Source: an uncultured delta proteobacterium (GTDB lineage Bacteria; Desulfobacterota; Desulfobacteria; Desulfobacterales; JAHEIW01). Taken from it: a stretch of DNA of 64,000 nt. The notes below the pieces were generated by a model, which ran no database searches, was not told where the DNA came from, and saw nothing but the letters and a program-made list of their open reading frames with translations. Positions 37,994 through 47,608 of this stretch are shown here, one piece after another. The stretch lies in the NCBI GenBank assembly GCA_963706575.1, contig CAVPNL010000009.1, positions 128,001 through 192,000 on the forward strand, written 5' to 3'. Positions within the stretch are counted from its first letter, which is position 1. Each line of letters begins with the position of its first letter. Position numbers and translations under genes: made by a program.

Positions 37994-40900
37994 ATGAGAC
38001 TCTGCCCCAAATGTGACCAGCCGGTTGCCGAAGACATTACCCTGTGTCCGGCCTGCGGCAACGAAATCGGTGAAGGCCGCAAATACATCGACGATTACCG
38101 GATCGTTGATATTCTGCACGAAGGCCATTCGAGTTTCCTTTGCCGGGCTATTCGGGAACGAACCGGCGAGATGGTCATGATCCGCCTGTTTACTCCCGAA
38201 TCGGGGGTCGACGAAGGAGTGGCGGATAGGCTAAAGCAGGAGCTGGAACGCCTCAAAAAGCTGCCTGATAAAGGCTTCGTCCGCCATTATGCCATAAGAC
38301 AATCAAGCGACGGATTTTGGTACCGGATCAGCGAGTGGATCGACACCGAAAGCTGGGGGTCTTTGCTGACATCCGGCCGCCTGAACAATCGCCAGATAGT
38401 CTTTGATCTGTTTTACCAGATGGCTTCCATCCTTACCGTGCTTCATAATGAAGGTTACTTTATTCCCCACCTCATCTTAAACGACATTATGCTGGTAAGG
38501 GCTGAAAGTGGAAGGCTCGAAGTCAAAATCGATTATAAGCTTTCACGGTTTTTTGATCCCAAGCTCGACCGCCCCGGACCCATGCTAAAAAAATTGCTGA
38601 ACGTCCACCCGGATATCGTCAACCATCGCCCCCTTGATTTCAGAAGCGATATCTGGTCGCTGGGTAAAATTTTTGTAGAGCTGCTTTCAGCCGATCTGGA
38701 AACCACTGATTATCTGGCCAAAGTCGATGAGCTTCATTTGCCGGAAGCGGCTAAAGTTCTGCTGAAAGTCATGCTGGCCGATGATCCGGATATACGGCCC
38801 CGATCCACGGCCGAAGTGGCAGTGTCATTGGCCCGCATTAAAGAAAGGCCCGTTGAAGCAGACGAGGAACCAACAGCGGAGCAACCGCCGCCCCCGGCTG
38901 CAGCCGCGCGCAGGTTAACGATAAAAGGGTTGCAGAATCGCATTAGTGTGCTGGCCATTTTAATTATCATTTTATCTGTTGCCGGTGTTGTGGCCTGGTA
39001 TCAGCTCAGCCAGCGGAAAGCAGGATTTGAAAACCGCATGGAAGATTATGCCAATCAATACTCCCCATCGATTGCTTTTATACTGGTCGAGTACTGGTTG
39101 GATCTCGGAAATGAAAAAATGTATCGTAATCTGGCGGAGGGCACTGGCTTTTTGGTAGACAGCGACGGCTATATGCTGACCAGCCGGCACGTTGTTTGCC
39201 CCTGGCTGGAGGACTCCAACCTGTTGGCCACCGTTTATCATTTCAGAGAAATGGAGAAGATACCGGAATTAAAATACCGGATATTTTTATGGTTTGAGGG
39301 TGCCCGGGCCTTTAACCGCGTCTCCCGCCTGCTTGAAAGTCCGGATTTAACCGATGTGTATTTTATTGAAAATGCCTTCAGCAACGAATCCGAACCCCGG
39401 CTGTCGATTGCCGGTGTGCCCAAATCGCCGCTTCAAACCCGTCAGATAATTACATCGCCGCTTAAAGATGATTTTGCCGTTATAAAAATTGACCGCGTGC
39501 CTGAGGGGCTGGAGCCACTGCCGTTGGACTTAAAACTGGATTCCAAAAACATTCCCAAGCTCTCGCGACTTATTGCTATCGGGTTTCCCCTGGGCAGCCG
39601 AACCCAGGACGATATCGTTAACGCCAGTGTAACCGGGGGCAATGTGCGCCGATCTTTTGAAAATGTGATTCAGGTCGATACGTCTCTTTATGGCGGCAAC
39701 AGCGGTGGACCTATTATCGATGCGCGAGGCAAAGTGATCGGTATCGCCGCCGGTGTCGCCATGGATGTTGCCCAGGGGCTGATGCCGACCGCAACCCCCC
39801 GCTGGGACCTGGGCATGGTATTGCCCATAACGAATGCTGCCAGGTTTCTTGAGGAATTAAAGGCGGGTCAGTCCAAATGGAATGGCGAACTGGATTTTTC
39901 AATTGAGAAAACGCTGAAAAAGATTAAATTAAAAGCCGCCGAGGGCCTGTGGGCCGAGGCACAGGCTTTGGCCGATGAAGAACTCAAGGGCAACCCGCAA
40001 CCGGAAATGATTATGGCGGCCGGCATGATGCATTATTGTACCGGGGATAACAAAGGCGCCAGGAAGCTGTTTTCCGAAACCCTTTCCATGGATCCTGAAA
40101 ATCCGGAAGCCCGGCTGATGCTCTTTTTAACCGACTGGCTTGTCGGGAACGGCGAGATAAGTTCTTACCGTGATGCCTTGCTGACTGTAGACTGGCGTTC
40201 TTCGGCAGAATTTCAAGGACATTTGGTTCGGGTTCTGGAGGGCTTGATCGATGAGGTTTCGGCTTTAGACAGCTGGCATACCGAGGCTGAAAAAAGCTGG
40301 CTGAATTATGCGGTCAGCCTTATCCGGATCGAGGGTCAGGATTTGGAGGGGGCCGAAAAGCTGCTGAGAGAAGCGGTGCTTACCGCTGATTCGGATGCAT
40401 GGGAGTTTTTCGTGGCGAGTGCCAAACTGGAGCAATTGCAGAAACGCCGTCGAAAAACGTTGAAGACCGAGGCCCAGTGGAAGGATTACAACAAGGACAT
40501 CGAGGCGTTTAATAATAGCGTTAAGGATAAACTAGAGCTGGATGTAAAGCTTAAAGCCGAGTTATCCCCATTGATGGCCACATTTATTGATGAGACAGTG
40601 GCGATCAATGAAAAACAGGAGGTGCTTAAAAAAATAGCGGAGATATATCCCAAAAACCGCAAAATCTATGTGGCCCTTGCCTTTTACAGTGCTGCTGACG
40701 AGGACTGGACCCAGTCACTGGAATACATCCGCACTTTTTTAGATGGCGGCGGCCGCCAAAACGCAGATCGAATGAGCTTAGGGATTCTGGAAGCCGGGAT
40801 ATTAAATCAGCAGGGTCTAGCGGATGAAACCCGCGCCAGTCTCGAGGCCTTTGTCGGTCGCACCATGGATCCCTGGTATCTGACGATCAGCGACTATCTA

Positions 40901-41128
40901 TTGGGCAAACAGACTGAGAGATCACTGCTGGAACAGGCCGGAGAAAGCCCGGAGAACCTCCTGACTGCGCATAGCGCCGTGGGGTTATGGGCTGAAGGCA
41001 GGGGAGACAACCAAAAAGCGATTAAACACTACCGTGAAGCGCTGGGCTCTTTTCTGGATACATGGCTCGAATACGATTTTTCCAAAGAGCGCCTCAAGCG
41101 GCTGAAACAGCCACAGCCTTCCGGCTAG
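37994..41128 (+). CDS. Zinc ribbon + degenerate Ser/Thr kinase-like domain + TM + trypsin-like serine protease + TPR-like region
   Basis: CPKC..CPACG; YRIVDIL, RSDIWSLG; TM; GTGFLV, TSRHV, DFAVIKI, GNSGGP; helical repeats. Confidence 0.85.
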   Translation: MRLCPKCDQPVAEDITLCPACGNEIGEGRKYIDDYRIVDILHEGHSSFLCRAIRERTGEMVMIRLFTPESGVDEGVADRLKQELERLKKLPDKGFVRHYAIRQSSDGFWYRISEWIDTESWGSLLTSGRLNNRQIVFDLFYQMASILTVLHNEGYFIPHLILNDIMLVRAESGRLEVKIDYKLSRFFDPKLDRPGPMLKKLLNVHPDIVNHRPLDFRSDIWSLGKIFVELLSADLETTDYLAKVDELHLPEAAKVLLKVMLADDPDIRPRSTAEVAVSLARIKERPVEADEEPTAEQPPPPAAAARRLTIKGLQNRISVLAILIIILSVAGVVAWYQLSQRKAGFENRMEDYANQYSPSIAFILVEYWLDLGNEKMYRNLAEGTGFLVDSDGYMLTSRHVVCPWLEDSNLLATVYHFREMEKIPELKYRIFLWFEGARAFNRVSRLLESPDLTDVYFIENAFSNESEPRLSIAGVPKSPLQTRQIITSPLKDDFAVIKIDRVPEGLEPLPLDLKLDSKNIPKLSRLIAIGFPLGSRTQDDIVNASVTGGNVRRSFENVIQVDTSLYGGNSGGPIIDARGKVIGIAAGVAMDVAQGLMPTATPRWDLGMVLPITNAARFLEELKAGQSKWNGELDFSIEKTLKKIKLKAAEGLWAEAQALADEELKGNPQPEMIMAAGMMHYCTGDNKGARKLFSETLSMDPENPEARLMLFLTDWLVGNGEISSYRDALLTVDWRSSAEFQGHLVRVLEGLIDEVSALDSWHTEAEKSWLNYAVSLIRIEGQDLEGAEKLLREAVLTADSDAWEFFVASAKLEQLQKRRRKTLKTEAQWKDYNKDIEAFNNSVKDKLELDVKLKAELSPLMATFIDETVAINEKQEVLKKIAEIYPKNRKIYVALAFYSAADEDWTQSLEYIRTFLDGGGRQNADRMSLGILEAGILNQQGLADETRASLEAFVGRTMDPWYLTISDYLLGKQTERSLLEQAGESPENLLTAHSAVGLWAEGRGDNQKAIKHYREALGSFLDTWLEYDFSKERLKRLKQPQPSG

Positions 41129-41242
41129 CCTTTCGATTTTAGATTGCGGATTTCGGATTTATTCCTCACAAGGCAAATGCGGCTTGTCTCATTAATCCAG
41201 TAGTCAAATACCCAATACCCAATACCCTCAATCTCTAATTCT

Positions 41243-41920
41243 CTATTTTATAATTCCGTAGTCTCGTGCCAGATCCTCATTATAACGTGCTTTCCTGCCC
41301 GGACACCTTTCTCGCTGGCATAGCTGGCAGTTAAAAAAAGAAACCTCGGTCTGAAAATAAATTCCGGATACGGATTTTGTGGGTATCATCAAAAAGGATT
41401 TGTTCAGGCGAACGCCGATGGACGCCTCAACCTCCGGCAGGAGTTGAAATAACTGGCGTTGGGCCTCAACAGGCCAGTCTTGCAACGATCCAGGACTCAT
41501 AAACGAAATTTTTTTAAAGGCAAATTTGCTGCAAAGGTGATCATGAAGTTGTCTGCGGACAGCCGTCAATGCAATATTGCCGATAACATCCAGATAATAC
41601 GCTTCCAGCAGATCGCTCGTCTTGCCGGTTGCCTGTTCCAGTGCGGCACCGATCGAAACCACGTACGGGAAAATGCGTTCCACTTCATTTAGATTTTTGC
41701 GCAACACCTTACTTTCCAGACGCAAACCATTAACGATAACCGCATCTTGCAGCTTTTCATCGATATAACACACCTTAAATGCAGCTTTGGGCTCAATAAG
41801 GGTTTTCGCCTTGTCGATGAGACGCTGCGCCAATTGAGAATCCCCTTGCCGATCCAGGCGCAGGGACTTTCTGACCTCCTGGAGGTCGATTTGCGTTGTT
41901 AAATTTTGTAAAATTTCCAT
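41243..41920 (-). CDS. Stand-alone B12-dependent methionine synthase activation-domain-like protein
   Basis: VSIG..LE, SPGSLQDW, IGVRLN.SFLMIPTKSVSG, C-terminal CxxCxxxxC. Confidence 0.82.
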   Translation of the reverse strand: MEILQNLTTQIDLQEVRKSLRLDRQGDSQLAQRLIDKAKTLIEPKAAFKVCYIDEKLQDAVIVNGLRLESKVLRKNLNEVERIFPYVVSIGAALEQATGKTSDLLEAYYLDVIGNIALTAVRRQLHDHLCSKFAFKKISFMSPGSLQDWPVEAQRQLFQLLPEVEASIGVRLNKSFLMIPTKSVSGIYFQTEVSFFNCQLCQRERCPGRKARYNEDLARDYGIIK

Positions 41921-42017
41921 AGCGATAAAACTTGTAATTATGTCTTGTATTTAACCCTGGCAATTTATCCTAATTGATGGCTTTTGTAAAATGGTATCCT
42001 TCACGTATGAAAAGATA

Positions 42018-42280
42018 GGACTGAGGACCCTTCTTCGCTCTGGCGAGCTACGACGCGGCAAGCTGAGTGCTGAGGTCTGAGGCGTATCGAAATAGAAAGG
42101 GGCACAAAATGGCCGTGCCAGCTCATGGCGGAAAACGACAACTCATGGTCCCTGGAAGACGATTCATGGCGCAAAACGACAAGTCATGTTGAAAGGGTGG
42201 GTTGGCAGGCAGGTTTTTTTCCTTAGTCCTAAGCACTCATTACTTATCGATAGACCCTGAACACTGAAGCCTGAAACCAT
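42018..42280. repeat. Dispersed repeat homologous to 16062-16255 with a 35-nt insert (42028-42062), plus heptamer arms
   Basis: ggactgagga[cccttcttcgctctggcgagctacgacgcggcaag]ctgagtgctgaggtctgagg ...; ccttagtcctaagcactc; cctgaacactgaagcctgaaacc. Confidence 0.75.
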
Positions 42281-42316
42281 TTCTGTGGGACATAACAATA
42301 TATTCGGTACTCTTTA

Positions 42317-42345
42317 TTGACACTGAAGCCGCAACTCTTTATACT
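42317..42345 (+). promoter_or_regulatory. Sigma70 promoter upstream of the glcD-glcE fusion
   Basis: TTGACA-17 nt-TATACT. Confidence 0.65.
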
Positions 42346-42470
42346 CATTTTTCTTTATACCGCTTTCGCGCTACATTAAAGAAATAATGAATATCGAAGT
42401 TTGAAAAACGAGTAACATTTCAACCTTCAACCTTCAACCTCGGACATTCCTTGTTCGATATTCAAAAAAC

Positions 42471-45074
42471 ATGATATCCAATCAGCTCATTAATGATCTC
42501 CGGCAAATTGTCGGCGATGCGCAGGTATCGGTTTCCCGCGTGGAGACTGAACTCTATTCGTACGATGCTTCTCTGGCGAAAGGCCAGCCCGGCGTTGTTG
42601 TTTTTCCGGGCAATACCAATGAGGCCGCTCAGGTCGTCAAAATGACCCGCCAGGCCGGTTTGCCATTTGTTCCCCGCGGGTTTGGCACCAATCTTTCGGG
42701 TGGCACCGTTATGGTTTCAGAAGGTGTGGTCATCTGTCTGTCGCGCTTCAACCGCATCATTGAAATATTACCCCAACGGCGCTGCGCCGTCGTCCAACCC
42801 GGTGTAACAAACCTGGAGCTTCAAAACGCCCTGGCCCCGCTGGGCTTTTTTTACGCACCCGACCCTGCCAGCCAGAAGGTAGCAACACTCGGCGGTAATG
42901 TGGGTGAAAATTCCGGTGGACCCCGCTGTTTGAAATACGGTGTTACCACCAACCATGTCCTGGGCATGGAAGTTATCCTTTCCAGCGGCGAGGTTGTTCG
43001 AATCGGCGGGTGTGCCTATGATCCGCCGGGATATGATCTTCGTGGTGCTCTGGTGGGAAGCGAAGGTACCATGGGAATTGTCACCGAGGTGATCGTTCGT
43101 ATTCTACCGCTGCCCGAAACCATCATTACCCTGCTCGTTGTCTATGATGATATTGCCGATGCGGCACGATCGGTATCGGACATCATTTCGGCCGGCATTT
43201 TACCCACAACGCTCGAAATGATGGACGCGCCGATTATCAATGCGGTCGAAGACAGCTATGCCTGCGGCTACCCCCGGGATGCGGCGGCTGTCCTGATCGT
43301 TGAGGTGGAAGGGCTCTCTGTCGGTCTCAATGATCAGGTGGCGCAAATCAGTGAGCTGTGCCGCAAAAATCAATGCCGTGATATTATTGAAGCCAAAGAT
43401 GACTCTGAACGCAACCGTCTCTGGGAAGGTCGGCGCGGCGCTTTTGGTGCAGTTGCCCGCCTGGCACCCAATTATTTGGTCAATGATTGCACGGTGCCGC
43501 GAACCAAGCTGCCCGAAGCGCTGGCCAAGGTTGCAGAGATTGTCAATAAATATGGATTTGAGCACGGTAACGTGTTTCATGCCGGCGATGGCAATTTACA
43601 CCCGTTAATATTTTTTGATTCACGCGATGCGGATCAACTGAAACGGGTAAAAAAAGCAGGCTGGGAAATCATGGAGGCCTGTGTTGATCTGGGTGGTACC
43701 ATTTCCGGTGAACACGGCGTGGGTTTGGAAAAAATGGACGCGATGCGCCTGATTTTTTCTGAACAGGATTTTGCCGCCCAGCGGAGTTTGCAGCAGGCTT
43801 TTGATCCGGATAAACTCCTTAACCCCGGTAAGGTCATTCCGGCCGCCGATCAAAACGAAAACGCCGGCGAAGCGCAAATCAGCCATAAATCTAATGGTGC
43901 CAAAACCGAAAGTGCGGCCGAAAAGGAGATCATCGAAAAAATTCAAAGCGCTGCTGCAAACGGAAATGCGTTGCTACCCGCAGGCTGCGGTACCTTTGGT
44001 CATTTCGGCAACCTGACCAGCAGGGATTGTGAATTGTTAAATAGCGCTGAGCTAGACGGGATTATTGAGTTTGACTCTAACAACCAGTTCGTATCGGTCG
44101 GGGCGGGCGTCTCCCTTGATGCGCTTCAGCGCCAATTATCCGATCAAAATCAGTGGCTGCCCATCAGGCCCTCTTTTTCAGTTCAGGAGCATTCCATCGG
44201 CGGTGTGATGGCACTGGCGGCCTGCGGCCCGGAACGCATGCATTACGGGGCCCCGCGGGATTTTGTTTTGGGCCTGCGCTTTCTGAATGGCAGCGGTCAA
44301 AAAATTTCAACCGGCGGCAAGGTGGTTAAAAATGTCGCCGGCTACGACATGACACGGCTGATGATTGGGTCTGCCGGCACGTTGGGCCTGATCACAGAAG
44401 TGACCTGCCGGGTGATGACCGTACCTGAGCGATGCACAGCCATCAGCGTCGAAGGAAACCTGGCAGGCATTTCTGCCCTGGCTTCGGAGATAATTACTTC
44501 CCGGCTGATACCGGTATTTGTTGTGATTATTCCTGAAAACGGTCAAGGCGACGCAATGACGCACCGGTGCTGCAGGCTGGAGATCGGATTTGAAGGGTTT
44601 GATAAAACCGTCGACGAGCAGCTTAAAAGAACAAGGATTTTGCTTGAGAGAGACGGCCTGGTATTAAAACATCAGCAGGATTATTCTGTTCAGGATGGAT
44701 TTTTTAAAGACATCTATACAGAACTGGCTCAATCGAGCTTTATCCTGCGGGCCGACCTGCCCCTTGATCAGGGGGTCAGGTTTGTTCAGTCTCTGGATAA
44801 GTGGTTATCAGAACCCAAATTGTTTCTGGATTACGGGTGCGGCCGAGTCTTTGCCGGTTTTGAAACCATGCCGGACGGAATGTGGGGCCAGTTGTGCGAT
44901 CTTGCCAATCAATTGGGCGGCCATGTGATATTTGAAAATGCACCTGTCGAGTTCAAGGAGCATAATGATGTCTTCGGTTTCGAGCGGCCGGAATGGAGGG
45001 TGATGCACCGCATCAAGAACGCTCTGGACCCACATCACATCTTTGCCCCCGGCCGACTACCAGGAAAAGTTTAG
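42471..45074 (+). CDS. glcD: FAD-linked 2-hydroxyacid dehydrogenase, GlcD-GlcE fusion
   Basis: N-half: PRG.GTNLSGG, PDPASQ, GGNVGENSGG..CLKYGVT, GSEGT, FHAGDGNLHP, SGEHGVG, LNPGK. C-half GlcE: GGKVVKNVAGYD, GTLG, LDP..IF.PGR. Confidence 0.9.
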   Translation: MISNQLINDLRQIVGDAQVSVSRVETELYSYDASLAKGQPGVVVFPGNTNEAAQVVKMTRQAGLPFVPRGFGTNLSGGTVMVSEGVVICLSRFNRIIEILPQRRCAVVQPGVTNLELQNALAPLGFFYAPDPASQKVATLGGNVGENSGGPRCLKYGVTTNHVLGMEVILSSGEVVRIGGCAYDPPGYDLRGALVGSEGTMGIVTEVIVRILPLPETIITLLVVYDDIADAARSVSDIISAGILPTTLEMMDAPIINAVEDSYACGYPRDAAAVLIVEVEGLSVGLNDQVAQISELCRKNQCRDIIEAKDDSERNRLWEGRRGAFGAVARLAPNYLVNDCTVPRTKLPEALAKVAEIVNKYGFEHGNVFHAGDGNLHPLIFFDSRDADQLKRVKKAGWEIMEACVDLGGTISGEHGVGLEKMDAMRLIFSEQDFAAQRSLQQAFDPDKLLNPGKVIPAADQNENAGEAQISHKSNGAKTESAAEKEIIEKIQSAAANGNALLPAGCGTFGHFGNLTSRDCELLNSAELDGIIEFDSNNQFVSVGAGVSLDALQRQLSDQNQWLPIRPSFSVQEHSIGGVMALAACGPERMHYGAPRDFVLGLRFLNGSGQKISTGGKVVKNVAGYDMTRLMIGSAGTLGLITEVTCRVMTVPERCTAISVEGNLAGISALASEIITSRLIPVFVVIIPENGQGDAMTHRCCRLEIGFEGFDKTVDEQLKRTRILLERDGLVLKHQQDYSVQDGFFKDIYTELAQSSFILRADLPLDQGVRFVQSLDKWLSEPKLFLDYGCGRVFAGFETMPDGMWGQLCDLANQLGGHVIFENAPVEFKEHNDVFGFERPEWRVMHRIKNALDPHHIFAPGRLPGKV

Positions 45075-45241
45075 CTTCTTTGTCTTTCTGAGAGGTTATT
45101 TTTTAACCGCAGACTATTTGGCCGAGCGACCTGCTCGGCCAAAAAAAGTCATCCCGCTTCGCGGGAACATTTTTTTTAAAATCATGGATTGTAATGCCTA
45201 AATGTTTTTGAATGTACGTCCAACTTTAAAAAAAACAAAAT

Positions 45242-46489
45242 ATGAACATCTCTGAACATTACGATGAAATATCGCATTGCAACCGTTGCGGTTTCTGTCA
45301 GGTGGCATGCCCGATATTCAGATCCACCGGGCACGAGACCGGGGTCGCCCGTGGACGTCTGGCCCTTTTGCGGGCAATTATCGAAGGGCGCCTGGAATGG
45401 AATCGGGAAGCCGAAGAACCGCTTTTTGATTGTCTGCTTTGCGGTGCCTGCACCGCCAATTGTTTTCCGGCGATTCCCACTTCCGATCTGGTCATCAAAG
45501 CCCGGGCGCAATATCTGGAAAAGGTCGGCCGCAAATCCATTCATCGTTTGCTCTTTGACCACCTTTTACCATACCCGCGGCGGCTTCATCTGGCGGCGCG
45601 GGCGGTGGCGCTGGGTAAAAATACCGGAATCGCGGACCTGGCGGGCGCCCTGGGATTGTTGAAAATCTTTGGCCGTGATTTTGTGCATGCCAATGAAATT
45701 GTCGAGCGATTTCCCACCCGGCCGTTTCGGGATAAAATCAGGACCGGAGCCCATAACGGGGAAGGCCAATCGCTGCGTATCGGTTATTTTGTAGGATGCG
45801 GCGTCGATATTATCAGCCAGGATGCCGGCCATGCGACCATGAAGCTTTTGAAAACTATCGGCAAGACCATCCATGTGCTCGAAAATTGCTGTTGCGGTCT
45901 GCCCGCCTGGTCCTATGGTGATTTGAAAGCGGCACAGAAACTTGCCGACAGAAATTTGTCGATCCTGGCCTCTGAAGAATTTGATGTCATTGTGACTGAT
46001 TGTTCCAGTTGCGCCTCTTTTTTAAAAAATTATCCTCAGCTTTTCCCTGAAGGGGGAAGACAGCATGAAAAAGCCGCAGCGGTCTCCGCACGTGTGAGAG
46101 ATATGGTGCAATTGATTCATGCAATGGAAGCGGATGCGCCATCATGGGAATCAGAACCGGCCGTTACCGCAACCTATCATCATCCCTGTCACGCGGCCCG
46201 GGGACAGGGACTTTCAACAGAGCCCGGAGAGATTCTTAATCGGCTGCCGGGAGTTGAATACCGACCGTTGCCCGAGGCGGACTGGTGTTGCGGAGGAGCC
46301 GGTTCCTATGCGTTTGCCCATTATGAGCTGTCGCAACAGGTACTGGACCGCAAAATGGAAAATCTTAAGAAAACCGGGGCCGATCTGCTGGTCACCTCCT
46401 GTCCCGCCTGCATCATGCATCTGTCATACGGGGTGCGCAAGCACGGCCTGAGCACCAAGGTCTGTCACATATCTGAACTGGTTAAATAG
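45242..46489 (+). CDS. glcF: GlcF-like iron-sulfur subunit
   Basis: CNRCGFC..ACP, CLLCGAC..NC, CCG domains (CCCG, WCCG), HHPCH, SCPAC. Confidence 0.9.
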   Translation: MNISEHYDEISHCNRCGFCQVACPIFRSTGHETGVARGRLALLRAIIEGRLEWNREAEEPLFDCLLCGACTANCFPAIPTSDLVIKARAQYLEKVGRKSIHRLLFDHLLPYPRRLHLAARAVALGKNTGIADLAGALGLLKIFGRDFVHANEIVERFPTRPFRDKIRTGAHNGEGQSLRIGYFVGCGVDIISQDAGHATMKLLKTIGKTIHVLENCCCGLPAWSYGDLKAAQKLADRNLSILASEEFDVIVTDCSSCASFLKNYPQLFPEGGRQHEKAAAVSARVRDMVQLIHAMEADAPSWESEPAVTATYHHPCHAARGQGLSTEPGEILNRLPGVEYRPLPEADWCCGGAGSYAFAHYELSQQVLDRKMENLKKTGADLLVTSCPACIMHLSYGVRKHGLSTKVCHISELVK

Positions 46490-46504
46490 CCACCAAACTC
46501 TGTT

Positions 46505-46630
46505 AGGTGTCAGGTGTCAGGAAGAGACAGAGGACAGAGCACAGAAAACAGATGACAGCGGACAAAGGTCAGACGATTTCTGTTTTCTGCCATCTGTTTC
46601 CTGACACCTGAACACTGACACCTGAAACCT
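46505..46630. repeat. Inverted pair of heptamer tandem repeats
   Basis: aggtgtcaggtgtcagg..gacagaggacagagcacagaaaacagatgacag ... tctgttttctgccatctg..cctgacacctgaacactgacacctgaaacct. Confidence 0.8.
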
Positions 46631-46680
46631 ACTAAGATGATGGGTTTGAGGCGAATCTAATTAAAAAGGAAAAATAGCGA

Positions 46681-47574
46681 ATGGCTAAACTAGACTTACA
46701 CGGCATATTTCCCCCGATTGCAACTCCTTTTATCAACGGTAAGGTTGCATACGACAAACTGGCCTCCAATATCGCAAAGTGGAACCCTACCGGTCTGAAG
46801 GGCTTTGTGGTGCTGGGATCGAACGGCGAATATGTGTATTTATCTGAAGAAGAAAAGCGAACGGTTGTCGACACCGTTGTTCAGTCTGCGACAAAAGAGA
46901 TGCTGGTCATCGCCGGAACCGGTTGCGAGTCCACCACCGAGACATTAAGGCTCACCGAAGATTGCGCCCGGCTTGGCGCCCATGCGGCCTTGGTGGTGAC
47001 TCCCCATTATTATGCCGGCCGTATGGGAGAAGCGGCGCTGATGAACCATTTTTCAGCCCTGGCAGATCATTCGCCGATTCCAATTTTGCTCTACAATGTC
47101 CCCAAGTTTACTCACATAAATATGTCGGCCGATTTTGTTGTCCGGATCTCAGAACACCCCAATGTCGTCGGCCTCAAGGACAGTTCCGCCAATGTTATCC
47201 AGCTCCAGGAAATATTAAACGGGGTTGCCAAAGATTTCAGTGTGCTGGTGGGAACTGCCGGTGTGCTGTTCAGCGGACTGACCATCGGTTGTGTCGGCGC
47301 AATCAGCGCTCTGGCCAATGTGGCCCCGGAAGCATGTGTGAAAATTTTTGATCTGGTCAAAGCCGGTGACCTGGATACCGCCCGGGAGCTGCAGCTCAAA
47401 ATGATTCCGGTCAACCAGGCGGTTACCGCGATTTACGGTGTGCCGGGATTAAAGGTTGCCATGGATATGTGCGGCTATTTCGGGGGAGATCCGCGTCTGC
47501 CCCTGCTGCCTTCCTCAAAGCAGGAAAGGTCCGAGATTGAAGCCATTCTAAAAAAAGCGGACCTGCTTAATTGA
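46681..47574 (+). CDS. DapA-family aldolase, 4-hydroxy-2-oxoglutarate aldolase (HOGA)-like
   Basis: GIFPPIATPF, GFVVLGSNGE (not DapA GTTGE), AGTGCEST, VVTPHYYAGRM, LYNVP, GLKDS. Confidence 0.82.
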   Translation: MAKLDLHGIFPPIATPFINGKVAYDKLASNIAKWNPTGLKGFVVLGSNGEYVYLSEEEKRTVVDTVVQSATKEMLVIAGTGCESTTETLRLTEDCARLGAHAALVVTPHYYAGRMGEAALMNHFSALADHSPIPILLYNVPKFTHINMSADFVVRISEHPNVVGLKDSSANVIQLQEILNGVAKDFSVLVGTAGVLFSGLTIGCVGAISALANVAPEACVKIFDLVKAGDLDTARELQLKMIPVNQAVTAIYGVPGLKVAMDMCGYFGGDPRLPLLPSSKQERSEIEAILKKADLLN

Positions 47575-47608
47575 AATACTTTTTCACCACAGAGAATCAG
47601 AAATCCAA

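Noticed and set aside
46681..47574. Calling this gene dapA (lysine biosynthesis)
   Set aside because: GSNGE replaces GTTGE and the context is catabolic, so HOGA-like is the better fit.
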